A DNA stretch of 64,000 bases from Torpedo marmorata (Eukaryota): assembly GCA_977017645.1 (NCBI GenBank), contig OZ360235.1, positions 27,404,001 through 27,468,000 of the forward strand, given 5' to 3'. Below are positions 36,565-49,504 of this stretch, in pieces (within the stretch, counting starts at the first letter, position 1; each line of letters opens with the position of its first letter). The notes below the pieces were generated by a model that worked only from the letters and a program-made list of their open reading frames with translations, did no database searches and had not been told where the DNA came from. The position numbers and the translations under genes were made by a program.

Positions 36565-37525
36565 TGCCCCCAGACGCAACAAACATAGAATCCCCCTCAT
36601 CCTCACCTACCACCCCACCAGCCTCCGCATCCAACACATTATCTGTCGGAATTTCCGGCACTTACTACAGGATCCCATCACCAGGCACATTTTTCCTTCT
36701 CCTCCCCTCTCGGCCTTCCGCAGGGACCGCTCCCTCCGTGATTCCCTTGTGCACTCATCCCTCCCCACCCATCGCACCTCCGGCACTTTCCCCTGTGCCC
36801 GCAGAAGGTGCAACACTTGCGCCCACACCTCCTCCCTCACCACGGTCCAGGGCCCCAAACAGGCCTTTCAAGTGAAGCAACACTTCACTTGTACATCCAG
36901 AGAACTTATTTACTGCATCTGGTGCTCCCTTTGTGGCATTCTCTACATCGGAGAGACCGGTCGTAGATTGGGAGATCGCTTTGCTGAGCACCTCCTCTCC
37001 GTCCGCAACAACAGCGACCTCCCAGTAGCCAACCATTTCAATTCCGAGTTACACTCCCACACTCACATGTCTGTCCATGGCCTTATGTACTATCCCACGC
37101 AGACTACCCGAAAATTGGAGGAACAACATCTTATTTTCCGTCTGGGCACTCTCCAGCCAGATGGCATTAACATTGACTTTTCTGCTTTCCACTAAACCTG
37201 CTCGCCTTTTCCTTCCCCTCCCCCCTCACCTGTCCTTCCAGTTTTTTCCACCCACCCAACCATCCCTCCTCCCCCTCTTTGCTGCTGTCCCCTCCCTCCT
37301 TTCTCCACCTATCATCTCCTGCCTTTGCCACCCCCCCTTCCCCCCTCACTCTTTTGTTCGGACGCCTGCCGGCATTTTCTCATACTTTGATGAAGGGCTC
37401 AAGCCCGAAACGTCGGTCATGTATTTCTATCTTTGCTACATAAAAGACACTGTTTGACCTGCTGAGTTTCTCCAGCATTTGTGTTTTTTACTTCAACCAC
37501 GGTGTCTACAGATTTTCGTGATTTA
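36565..37525 (+). mobile_element. 5'-truncated Penelope-like element: GIY-YIG endonuclease region plus terminal repeat
   Basis: ORF 36749-37195 (CNTC..FTCTSRELIYCIWCSLCGILYIGETGRRLGDRFAEH..PVANHFN), a pyrimidine-rich tract, and a hammerhead-like motif at 37384-37417. Confidence 0.92.
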
Positions 37526-39096
37526 ACCTGTTACAGTTGATTACTTCGTAACTGACGCGCTCTCAGTGATTGGAATTCAAACTGTAGAATCGGTGCTCCA
37601 TGACCACATGGATCAACACACCTCTTCCAAATTGTTTCGGGCAGGCCTTGATTCCCACTTAAGGCCGATGGGCGCTACCGGTAGGATTCAGGCTTTCATC
37701 CACGCCATTTGTCAGCAGAAGTGATATATTTTTTAACGGCCAGTGCAGTGCAATAACAAATAAAAACAAATAAAAAATTGGACTCTGAATTCTCGGGATG
37801 TGCGATTATTCAGTTTAGTGAAGATTAATTGTAGAACAGAGCAAGTGTTCGCTATCACCCCTCGTCCAAAACCCAAAACTTCGCGCTATTACACACATGA
37901 CATATAAGGAATTAGAAGGTGTAGTTTCGAACCAAATTTAGTTTTATTTGTAAATGCTCAGTTACTTCTGTGGGTATCTATTTCAGGCTTAACAAATTAT
38001 TCGAAATCTCACGATTTGCTCCTTGTTAATATGAATTTTAGTAATGGAGAGGTCTTGATAGATGTTATATTCGTTAAAAATTGAGTCGTAGTAAATATTG
38101 TTCGGGAAAATGTTGCATTTGATTTATTTTTCTCACACTTTCTAGTGCTTGCATGTATTCTAAATGACTCTGATATCCAAGTTTTAAGACTAATTTGTGG
38201 AAACAAGTCGACCCCAAGACTCAATTCCAATTCTACCAAAAGTTTAGGGAAAACGACATTTAGAGGTTGCATTCAAAACAATGGAAGATAACAAGACTGA
38301 ACAAGTGCAATTCCCGCGAAGCAACGTTTAACATGAACATTTTTTTAAATGTTAGCTGCCCGAGATAGACTTTGATTTTCATGAGGTGATTGTTTCTTCA
38401 GTGAATGCGTCATCCTTATCTTCTGCGGTGCCTTGAGTGCTGTAATTATGCTAGTTAGAAGTTGTAATCGCGCCCCAGATACTCGTGAAGGTGGCAGTGC
38501 TGAGAACTAGCTGCGCGTATTTGGATTTAGGTTTATGAAGTGCTCCACTGAGCAGTCAAGGCTCAAAATATTTAACACAACTACAGTACTGTGCTTTATA
38601 AATCTCTGGCGGCCGACACCAACTGTGCAGCTACTTGCACGCAGCGATTGTTCTTCACTCAATAGCGCCATTCTACTAAATGATCAGCTGTTCAAGTGAG
38701 ATGATTTGTAGAGGCATGTTCTGCTCGATTCAAAATGCGAACTACAAAGCTAAAGAATTCATAACACTATTAACGAGTGTCTGTTGTTGCAGCATTTTGA
38801 AATACACGAGTTCGTTATGAAAATATCAGTAAGGAAGCAGTGAAATGTCTGGTGCAAAATAAAATGTAGATGAAAAAGGATTTCATTCTGGGAATTTAAA
38901 GGAAGGAAAGGCTTGTGCACAATTTTGGTCCCCTTACCAAATAAAGGACAAAGTAACAAAGAATGCAGTTCAAATGAGATTCAACAGTTTGATTCGTGGG
39001 ATGAGATGGTTGTCCAATCAAGTGAACCTAAATAGGTCATAAGGAAACACAACAGAGTAGATGTTGAGATGTCTTTAGGAGTGGAAGAGTCTAGAA

Positions 39097-39399
39097 CAGT
39101 GGTTTTCAAACTGCCCCCCTAAACTCACATTCCACCTTAAGCAATCCCTGTGCCATAAGCGCTCTGTGATTAGTAATTGACCTAATTGACTCGTTATGTG
39201 CACGGTTTCATAACTCCAAAGGAAATGGGCCAATGACAATTTTTCTCAAGCAAAATATTTCAGTAACAATTGGGTTCTCAACCTTCCCTTCCCACTCACA
39301 TCCCACCTTAAGCAATCCCTTACCAATCACAGAGCACTTATAGCATAGGGGTTGCTTAGGGTGGAATGTGAGTTTAGGGGGGCAGTTTGAAAACCACTG
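39097..39399. mobile_element. hAT (Charlie-like) MITE inserted in a CR1 remnant (about 39000-39650)
   Basis: TIRs cagtggttttcaaactgcccccc and ggggggcagtttgaaaaccactg; 8-bp TSD gtctagaa/gtctagac. Confidence 0.92.
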
Positions 39400-39821
39400 G
39401 TCTAGACTCTAGAACAAAAGGATATTGTTTCAAGAGGCTGGACATTTAAAACCAAGGTAAGTAGAAAGTTCTTCTCACAGAGAGCGGCGAACATCTGGAA
39501 TTTTCTAACCCGGCGAATTATGCTGGTTAGAAGTGTTTAAAAGTAATTAGCTACATTTTGAAAGATGGGGGAATCAATCATGATCAGCCATGATCATGTT
39601 GAATGGGAGACTAGGCTTGAGAAGCATTGGCCAACTCTGCTCCTGTTACCATAAGCTTTTGTGTTGTGCAAGCATTTGGTAATTTTTAAATGTTTCAGGA
39701 AAGCTATTAGTTTAAAAAGACTCTTTCAAATATTCCCAAGAAACATTTATTAAAATTAATTTTTTATTAATTAAAGTATTTAAATATGTGTGAAAATTTG
39801 GTTTATTCAGTTCTTTTGAGT

Positions 39822-41158
39822 ACCCAAGAAGAGTAGTGTGAGCTGCCTCAATGACTACCGCCCAGTAGCACTAACTTCTACTGTGATTAAATGCTTTGAG
39901 AGGCTGGTCATGGCCAGAATTAACACATACCTAAGCAAAGATCTGGACCCACTGCAATTCGCCTATCGTCACAATCGCTCCACAGCAGATGCAATATCGC
40001 TGGCTCTCCACTCAGCTCTGGATCACCTCGAAAACAGCAATTCATACATATGGCTGCTCTTCATTGACTACAGCGCGGCCTTCAATACCATTATTCCCTC
40101 GGTGCTGGTCAAGAAGCTACAAACTCTAGGCCTCTGTACCCCGCTCTGCAACTGGATCCTTGACTTTCTCATCGGAAGACCACAGTCAGTACGAATTGGA
40201 AACAACGTCTCATCCTCACTGATTAGCAACACAGGCGCACCCCAAGGATGCGTGCTTAGCCCACTGCTCTACTTGTTATACACCCAAGACTGTGTGGCCA
40301 GGCACAATTCCCATGCTATCTACAAATTTACCGATGACACCACAGTTGTCGGCAGAATCACAAAAGGCAATGAGGAAGCGTACAGGAGGGAGATAGATCA
40401 GCTCGTTGAATGGTGTAATGACAACAACCTTGCGCTCAATGTCAGCAAAACCAAGGAGATCATTGTGGACTTCAGGAGGAAGTCAAGGGAACACGACCCA
40501 GTCTTCATTGAGGGCTCAGTAGTGGAGAGGGTCAAGAATTTCAAATTCCTGGATGTCTTCATCTCCAAGGATCTGTCCTGGAGCCTCCACGTTGATGCAA
40601 TCACAAAGAAGGCTCGCCAGCGGCTTTACATTGTGAGGTGTCTGAGGAGATTCGGTATGTCACTGAAGACTCTCGTAAACCTCTACAGGTGTACCGTGGA
40701 GAGCATTCTAGCTGGTTGCATCACTGCCTGGTATGGAGACGCCAACTCTCAGGACAAGAATAAACTCCAGAGGGTTGTTAACTCGGCCTGTGACATCACA
40801 GGCACCAAACTTTACTCCATCGAGGACATCTACATGAGGCGGTGTCTTAAAAAGGCAGCCTCTATCCTCAAAGACCCCCACCACCCAGGCCATGCCCTCT
40901 TCACTCTGCTTCCATCAGGAAAAAGGTACAGGAGCCTAAAGACGAGCACTCAACAGCACAAGGACAGCTTCTTCCCCGCTGCCATCAGATTCCTAAATAA
41001 TCAATTAACCAAAGACACTGCCTTACTTTTCGTGCACTATTATTTATATATATGTTTTATAGTAATGTTGTAAGATGGCTATAATATGAATATTTGCACT
41101 ATGATGCTGCCGCAAAACACCGAATTTCATGACTTGTTCATGACAATAAATTCTGATT
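39822..41158 (+). mobile_element. 5'-truncated Rex1/Babar LINE (family A) with an open RT frame
   Basis: ORF 39838-41073 (411 aa) with all RT motifs (KFTDD); the family stop TGA is mutated to TTA; tail aataaattctgatt. Confidence 0.95.
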
Positions 41159-41668
41159 CAAGATTCAATTTATTGTCACAGCAATAAGACAGTGATATCA
41201 TATACCACGAAATTTCTTTTTGCCTGCTGCAAGGCAGACAGATTCGCCATCGGCAGAAATTGCCTAAGCGCTTCTAACATTCCTTACTGTCAGAGAAAGA
41301 GAAGCAAAAGAGAGTCCCCCCAGAGTCACCGAGTGTCCATAGATTCGCCTCCAGCGCTTCTGCAGCCACACAGAGTCCAGTCCAAACGATCGGCATCCCG
41401 AGCTCCAGATCCGAACCTCCAACACGGTCAGGTCGCCCTCGGCACCCCCTCACATCCCGATTCCGATACCTGGTACTCCTCCAACCAGTTCGAGCCAACC
41501 TCCAGCAGTCCGCAGCCCGTCGTGAGTCCCCCGACAGCAGTCTCCAGCAGCCCACAGCCTCCGCGGGTTCCTCGCCTCAAGTCGCCAGCAGCCCGTGCCG
41601 CATGCACTGGTCCTTCAGCCTCAGAGCCCCTCACCGGTCTGCCGCTGTGCTCACCGTCGCGTGGGACG
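41159..41668 (-). mobile_element. Non-LTR element 3' fragment (family D) inserted in the tail of the preceding LINE
   Basis: Minus-strand AATAAA plus TTGAATC tail; flanked by ttctgatt at 41151-41158 and 41669-41676. Confidence 0.75.
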
Positions 41669-41761
41669 TTCTGATTCTGATTTATAAATTCTCATTGAGA
41701 ATTTGTGAAGCTAATATTTATTGTATTCATTTCTTCATATTCTTTGTCTAATCATCATTTA

Positions 41762-42294
41762 CTGTATATACTTGTGTAAATGTCAAATTTTGTAGACCAT
41801 TTTTAATGTTAACTTAATGGAGTCAACAATTACATGGATACTACTTTTGAGGGGCTGAAATTCACACTAGAATCCAAAATACCATATCAGTTGCAGAATT
41901 CTAAATGATCTCTAAACAAATACAGAACAAAAACACAATGAATTTAAGTAATAATAGAGTCTGCGCATCAAAACACATATCCTACCATGGAGGAGGTAGG
42001 GATCGTGATAAGTATCTGCATCGTCGGAGGCGTTGGGAGTTTCGATCGGCGGGTGGCCGGAGCCGAGGTGAGAGTCCGCATTCGAAGCATCGGGAGCTCT
42101 GAAGGGCGGGTAGACGGGGCCGAGGCAAGAGTTCGCAACTGAGGCGTTGGGAGCTCCGGCCTGCGGGCGGCCGAAGCCAAGCTGAGAGACTAGGGTCGAA
42201 TTTTACACGAGATATATGGATAATTCCAGATTTTTTGGCCAAGAATAGGGGGTCAACTTTTACATGAGATTGACTTTTACATGAGTATATACGA
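41762..42294. mobile_element. Tc1/mariner-pogo-type MITE related to 19820-20258
   Basis: Degenerate TIRs ctgtatatacttgtgtaaatgtc and gacttttacatgagtatatacga; GC-rich internal repeats; shared ggggtcaacttttaca subterminal motif. Confidence 0.7.
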
Positions 42295-43466
42295 TAATTT
42301 CTGTTACTGTTAATGCCATGATTATTCTTGTGATAGTAGGATAGATGTTCCCTGGAAATTTTCTTAAAATGTTCACAGTAGGGTTTCTGCACTAAGTTGC
42401 ACTTAACTAGATTCAGCCAATAACATTAAAAAAGGAATTAAACAAATTAGATAAAGCCCAAATGAACTTCAAAGTGGTTTCCTTGGTGCAACAGCTTCAA
42501 GAATTAATTATAATGAAGAAAAGTTAGAAAGTGAACATGTTTAAAGTAATAATTCAGAAATGCTGTTGAACTGAAAATAAAAAAAGCTCTGTGTGCATTG
42601 TAACACAATCCATTCAATATACAGTAAGTGTGTAATTGATCTGAGTAACTCACATGCAAACTGAACCAAATAGCAAAATATTTACCCTGAAATTTTTTAC
42701 TGCTATTTCAGACATAATTTGTGACTACAAATCCTTGATTCTTGTGTAGGGGAGCATATGATTTCACCCAATTATATTTCCAATACACAGATCAAAAACA
42801 GTCGATGTATAGTTTGACACGAGTTTAAGACTGAAGCTTGTATTACGTGTAACTTTCCACATGTTAACAAGTTATTCGAAAATAATATTTGTTATAGTTA
42901 AATAACGTATCAGTTATTTACTTTATTTAGATTTAGGTTCAAATTCAGCTTATAATGAATAATGGATCCAGGATCTCAAACACCCAGCAGTTTGATCTGT
43001 GAAATGCTGTGGAATTTCAAGGGATATGATACTTCATCTGTGTTACAGTGCAATTAAGTTCCATCAAAATTCTTACTGAAGTGGTGGAAGATTTATAATT
43101 TGTCTGCCCTAGCAAGAGTTTAGGCATGCAAATAATGACTCTGTTCTAGGATAACATTATACATCCTACATTCCACAACTACTGTCTTGTTCACTGATCT
43201 AAAATATATCACTATAAAATGTAAGTTTTATAGACCAAGAGCTGAGGAATGCCACTGCAAGGATGTTGAAGGTGAATTAATGTGTAACATCGGATATTCC
43301 AAATAAAACACTTGCTTTGGAATGATTCTTTTGGAAAACACTTCCAAAATCATTGCACCTTCTATGATATCTAGTCTTACTGGTTCTAACCAATGATGTA
43401 TTATTCTTAACAGGATACACATTAGATATTAACCTCAGCACAGTAATAAAGTCAGACTGTCTAAAT

Positions 43467-43801
43467 CAGTGGTTTTCAAACTTCCCCCTTAAACTCACAT
43501 TCCACCTTATGCCATAAGTGCTCTGTGATTAGTAAGGGATTGCCTAAAGTGGTATGTGAATGGAAAGAAAAAGGTTGAAAACCACTGTTTTAGTCGTACC
43601 TAATTGACTCGTTATGTGCACGGTTTCATAACTCCAAAGGAAATGGGCCAATGACTATTTTTCTCAAGCAAAATATTTCAGTAACAATTGGGTCTGGAGC
43701 AGTGGTTCTCAACCTTCCCTTCCCACTCACATACCACCTTAAGCAATCCCTTACCAATCACAGAGCACTTATGGCATAGGGGGGAAGTTTGAAAACCACT
43801 G
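43467..43801. mobile_element. Composite hAT MITE (two units plus a spacer)
   Basis: Outer TIRs cagtggttttcaaacttccccc and gggggaagtttgaaaaccactg; perfect TSD gtctaaat; inner TIRs at about 43572-43586 and 43700-43714. Confidence 0.93.
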
Positions 43802-46534
43802 GTCTAAATGGACAAAAGCCCCAAATCTAACAATTAGACAGGGGGGGGGAGGAGTGTCATTTTTTAAAAATAAGACATCCCTATGCTCAGATGTGGCATA
43901 TACTGTATCTCTGTCTCAAAATCAATATCCCTCCAATTCTGAGTAGTAACCTTTTTCTTCCTAACTGTAGTTTCATCTTGGACAACATCAACATAAGTTA
44001 TTACCTTCAGATACTTCAGCTGGAAGTCTGCTTCAGGATCATGTTTTGTGATTTTCCATCATTGGAGGGGAAGAGTTCAAGTACCGTATATATTTTTAAT
44101 TCCTGGATTTCAGACTTTATGCTTAATTTGTAAAAGTGAAGATTAGAAAGCAATGCATCTCAGGAGATTTAAACTCCCTTTCAGTCGCTTAATTTACTGC
44201 CTCAGATTATCACAATTTAATAATTCCACGGAGCTTTGTTTTGGGTGGATTCAGATGATATTTGTTCTGATTTGAAAGTCATCCCTCTCTGTTTTATTTA
44301 TGTGCCAATATTAGATTCAAACACCATTACTTTCACCTGTGCTTCAGTCTTGGCAATACCTTCATATGATTCTGAGATGCTAGAACATTTATCCTCACAT
44401 GGCAAAATTCCTAATATCAACATCAACTTGGGTATATCCTCTAACATCAGTGAGATCATGCATTATGTCCAACTGGCTTTCTTCAGGATTTCAAATCTGT
44501 ATCACAGCAAGTTAACATAACTGGACAGGTGAGTGTGAATGCTAAATTCATATTGAAAATGAATATATTCTATAGGAAATGCTTGAGGTCAAAAGTTCTG
44601 CCATTGGTACCTCTCCCTTGGTGCAGAACCATCTTTGGTGAAAATACATGTATGAATATCCTGCTTTCCTTGTTCCAATTAGCCCCAAGCAAGGACTCCG
44701 CACACCGTGATACTTAATTAAGTGCACCCATTTCTGACCTTTGACTACTTCAGTTTAATAAACATAAACCATATGTGCTTGGATGCCTCAATTTGTTTTT
44801 AGTGTTGGCTCCATAATCTTCCAGGGTTGCCTGCAAACAATCTTCCTTCTAAAGTGAGAAATTGTAAGCAATTCTTATTATAGGTGAGCACAAGGCTGTT
44901 TAATCTGCTAATTATTTGAGAACTCTCATCACATATTATAGAGATAGGGGAATGAGACTTTAACCAGCTCACATAAGATTCAGGATGCTATGTTCAATTA
45001 AATTGAACATTTCCAATGTGCTGGTGTCACTAAGGTACATTTAGAGCTTGAAGTAATAGTCAGATTTGAGGAATCACCATTGGGGCAAGTATTGATTATG
45101 ATCTCCTACATGTCTTCAGCCATCGCACATCTTGTGAGCTCAATAGCATCATTGAGTTTGACATGCACTCTTCATGACTTCCTTAAATAGGATTTTGTCT
45201 GCTGCATATTTTATGCCACCCTATTCCATGTTGGATTTTATCCACTAATACCTATAACTAAAATTTTATTTCAGACACTGAAAATTCTGTTGATGCTGCT
45301 TTTTTTTTAATTTTTAGAGTCAGGTTTTCACTTTCTAGACTATGCTTTACTAGTATTCCATCTTTTACAGGTACAGAACCATCTTCTAAACTTATTCCTC
45401 TATCCCATGCATTATATATCTCAATTTTTTTGGGGGCTTGGTGTTCCAATTCCTGTTAGGATTTACACCACCACTGTTCTACTGAAGTGGTCTCACAACT
45501 TCTGGCAGCATCAACAGCGCATGAATAGTCTGGAAGAAGCCCAGACCTACTGCAGTTCTGTTAACAGACAATAACACCTGCAATTTTGGGTTCCAAATGT
45601 CAAATTTCTGCATTAATGCATTTATTCATATTTCTCTGTATAACTGTTTTTCACTGATTTTCTGGTTTTATAAGATGAACAGTTAATATGAATCAGCATC
45701 AACTCTACAGTTCTTAAAAGACATGTTATTGTATAACAGATCACCTATGGTAATACTTATCCAGCTGTTAAAGGGGGATTATTGAGAAATAATGAAAAAT
45801 GCAATTTGATTAGAGAGATTGAAGTTTAGAGATTAACTATTAAATCTTTTCCTAGCTGATATGTTTTCATTTGCTCTAACTTTGCCTGCTTTTGACCTTG
45901 GCACAAGTTTTGCCTTTGTTAGATATGTTGTCGGAAACTTTTGCCTCCTATGGAGCTTTAAGGACCATTGTACTAAACACAGTTAAGTCACCTGTTGAAG
46001 TTACTAAATATCACTTGATTCAAAGCTCCAAAGTCATTGTTGCTTGGACAATAAATGCCACTATGGTTTGTAAAAGAGCAGTTTATATTTCACATCTAAT
46101 CTTTATAGTTTAAGATTTGCAAGTTATATTTTGTGTAGTGTTTACCGACTACAAGACTGCAGAACAATCTCAAGACGAATGGAATACTATTTGAGTCTTT
46201 CAAAATGTTGAAGTACTTTAATCATCATTAGAGAGAGCTCCAAATTGGGTAAGTTGCTACATATTTTGAGTATTTTATTTGGATTTTAACTCAATCTACC
46301 ACAATGCAAAATTTATTTATTTATCTACCCACCTTTGGCTAAAAACACAGAAATGCTGGAGGAACTTAGCAGGTCTCTATGTTTACGTTCAGAGACCATG
46401 TTATACACCTGATTAAAACACAATTCATATCCTATTTTAAAATAAATTTTACATCTTTAATATTTCTGCTGGAGCTTTGATTGCATTTTAAGACAAATAT
46501 ATCACTTGTGAAATAATGACAATAGAGTTCTAAG

Positions 46535-46792
46535 TTAAATTAAATTCAGACATACAGCACTGTAACAGGCCATTTCGGCCCTACGAGTTCGTGCCGCCCA
46601 AATTACACCCCATTAACCTACACCCCCGGTACATTTTGAAAGGTGGGAGGAAACCGGAGCCCCCGGAGAAAACCCACGCAGATACGGGGAGAACGTACAA
46701 ACTCCCTACAGACAGCGCGGGATTCGAACCCAGGTACAGTCCCGATCACTGGCGCTGTAAAGGCGTTACGCTAACCGCTACGCCAACCGTGC
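46535..46792 (-). mobile_element. tRNA-derived V-SINE (HE1-like)
   Basis: A box TGGCGTAGCGG, B box GGTTCGAATCCC, V-domain GGAGTTTGTACGTTCTCCCCGT..CTCCGGTTTCCTCCCAC, CR1-like 3' tail. Confidence 0.9.
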
Positions 46793-48683
46793 ATGAAGTA
46801 TTTTTCTTAGGATAGCAATCTCATTATCATTGCAGCACTAACAGTCAAGTAAGTGGTGAGATGTTAGGCTGTTATTGTTAAACTGACAATCACATTATGA
46901 ATTTTAGCCTTGCATCTATATGGATGCATACAACATTAAAAAATACTTCCACAAGGTGCAATACAATAGATTCAAATACGAAAACCAGATAAAATAAATG
47001 TAATATTTTATTGAACAGTAGATGCAGAGTGGGAGAGAGTGGGACTTTGTCACAGCACTGGAAGAAAAATGTACGTTTTGGTTCATGAGAAAAACTATAA
47101 TATCACAAGTGCAATCTGCCTTGAAATTACGCATGGATTAGTTGTGTGGCAGTGCTTGGCATGGTCATCTAAAATTCATTAATGTGTCTAAAATACATTT
47201 CAGAACAGTGTACATCAGTGCATGAGTAATCTCTGAACTCTTATAAATTATAAATAAAAAGTGGTCCAGATACAGTGCCATATTCTCATGCACCATTCAA
47301 CTAAATCACCCATGACATATTTTATGTATGTGCAACACACTTTTGTAAATTGTAATTCAGTTCTCTATGCAGTGGCAATCACATTTAATGCATGTCAGCT
47401 ATACTAAATGAAATTCTTCTCTGAAAGTTGTTTAAGAATTAGGTTAAATTTAATCAAAAATTCAAGTCTTATCTGGTGTTGGGTGCAGACCTGCTCCTAC
47501 ATTGACTGCTACTGGGGAATTCAGGAGTGAAGATTATTCTGGAATGGACATTCTTTCTTCAGGTAAGTTCCTGTTTCTTGTGACATCCTCCCTTCTACTG
47601 AATAGGCTCCACACCTTTCCACTGTTACTTTAATGTCTACATGGCTTCTTGCATCTCTTTCCTCATCCACTGATCTCTCTACCACCCTATTACCTTCCCT
47701 GATCTCTCCAAAAGCTTCCTCAGCTTTCACTGATTTCTACCTTTGTCTGTGCACCCCACACCCTCCCTCGTATAATCTTTCAAGGTCACCCTAATCTTCT
47801 CTGCCTGTAATATTGTCTTGCTGCCTAATTTTCTCACTGCTCCTATCACACTATCTTCTTTTTCCAACCACTCACCCACATTCTACCTGTTCCTACCATG
47901 ATCTTCTCTTTGCAGATCAACTCCTCTCCCCAGGCAAACTTTTCATCATTGGTTTCCCTAAAGTTGCCCCCATGCCCCCCAATCCTACCCTGCCTTTCCA
48001 TGTCCAACTATGCCTGAAAGCTCAGCAGTGTTGGTTCCAGTAAGCACAAAACATTGGGTATACATTCTTGAAAGCCTCAATCCAAACTGGCACAGGTCCT
48101 CCACACTGTGTTGTTTCAAAGCTTGGAAACACATGTTGAGGAATTTCATGCCCATCTTGTTCTGTCACAGCTGCTATGCAGTTAACAGCATTTTCCTGCC
48201 ATAAGTATTATATAAATGTTTGCTATTGTTTCAGTTAGTACACTTTTTTTTAGTCAGTTTTGAAAGTGTTGTGATAAATTTGTTGGAAAATGCTTAAGAA
48301 TTGTGAAATGGATTGGTTTCCTTAATGATTGTGTTCAGCACGGCAATCAGAGTTTCTTGGAACTAAAGAATGGAACTTCATCAAGATAAAAACAAGGGCC
48401 AATCTGATAACTTTGTTTTAGTTGGCGCAGATCAGTGAGTGTAAACAGCAGAGTGTCCCAGAAGAGCTACCGTCTGAACTGCAGTAGGAGATTAATCTCT
48501 GTGGTGTCAGAGGGGTGAGTGTTCAGCTGTTCAGGATCACAGACTGTTCTGCCAGTGAAGACCGAGTTCAACTACTGACTTCCAAAGCCAACATTTTAGT
48601 ACTGAGCACTGGATCAGAAGTAGAGATAATAGAAGGAATAATAAAACTTTTCAAACTGCAATAACTTGCACAATTTAATCATA

Positions 48684-48689
48684 TTTATT
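48684..48689 (-). terminator. Candidate PTPRQ polyadenylation signal AATAAA
   Basis: tttatt about 650 nt downstream of the stop codon. Confidence 0.4.
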
Positions 48690-48962
48690 TCAAAACCAAA
48701 CACTTTGCACAACAAAGGCATACTACAATTTAACATGTATTTACCAAAGCAACAAAGTGCCATGAAAAATTAAATTTTACATCTTATTTGGCTCACTTTA
48801 CATTAAAAAATTGCAAAGTTACAAAGTATGCAGTACAGCAAAATAACATCTAGTAATGTGCAATAGATATTTTAAGTGAGGAAAATAAATACATAGAACT
48901 TATAATCCATCCAAGCCCAACACAAAAGTGTAAAGAAACATTTGATGAAGACAGTGGCAATA

Positions 48963-49197
48963 CAGGTAGACCCCTACTTATGAATGGGTTCCGTTCTGGG
49001 ACTCATTTCGTAAGTTGAAATATTCGTACGTTGAAATCGGGCAAAATAACGCGAGATTTGCTGAAAAAACGCGAGATTTTCCAAAAAACGCGAGATTTCG
49101 CTTAAAAACTCCAGATTTCGCCGAAAAATTGTCAGAACAGAACCTTCATAACTTCGAAACTTCGTATGTCGGGACTTCGTAAGTAGGGGTCTAACTG
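48963..49197. mobile_element. Tigger/pogo-like MITE in the presumed PTPRQ 3' UTR
   Basis: TIRs caggtagacccctacttatgaa and ttcgtaagtaggggtctaactg; TA on both sides; internal aacgcgagattt x3. Confidence 0.9.
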
Positions 49198-49332
49198 TAA
49201 AGGATTCTGACATCATGGTGATTTAACATTGCCTATTTACAGATTAATTTTGGCCCTTATAAAAGCTCTCATTCTATTTTCCCAACGCAAGTTTAGTGAA
49301 ACTTTTTGATGTTCTGCAGCAGTGTCTGAGAA

Positions 49333-49370
49333 TTACATGGTTGTTTCCTCCCATTCCAATTCCACATCAC
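49333..49370 (-). CDS. PTPRQ: PTPRQ last coding exon
   Basis: Acceptor ttattttag; encodes (G)DVELEWEETTM*, the PTPRQ C-terminus. Confidence 0.95.
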
Positions 49371-49504
49371 CTAAAATAAATTAACACGATTAACAGTGTA
49401 GTAATTTTAACCCAAATGTAGTAACAGGAGCTACTTATTACTAAATGGCTTTGTGCATTTTCGAGTCAATGACAAAGAGGCTTTGCACATAAAGCTCTAG
49501 GGGG

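Noticed and set aside
39838-41073. Domesticated RT gene (411-aa ORF)
   Set aside because: 5'-truncated, no ATG at the ORF start, retains the LINE tail, and is near-identical to disrupted sibling copies.
41192-41674. 160-aa Pro/Ser-rich ORF
   Set aside because: Antisense to a repeat family also present at 24425-24840; low complexity with no domain.
46700-46792. tRNA gene
   Set aside because: A and B boxes are followed by the V-domain and a LINE-like tail, so it is a SINE head.
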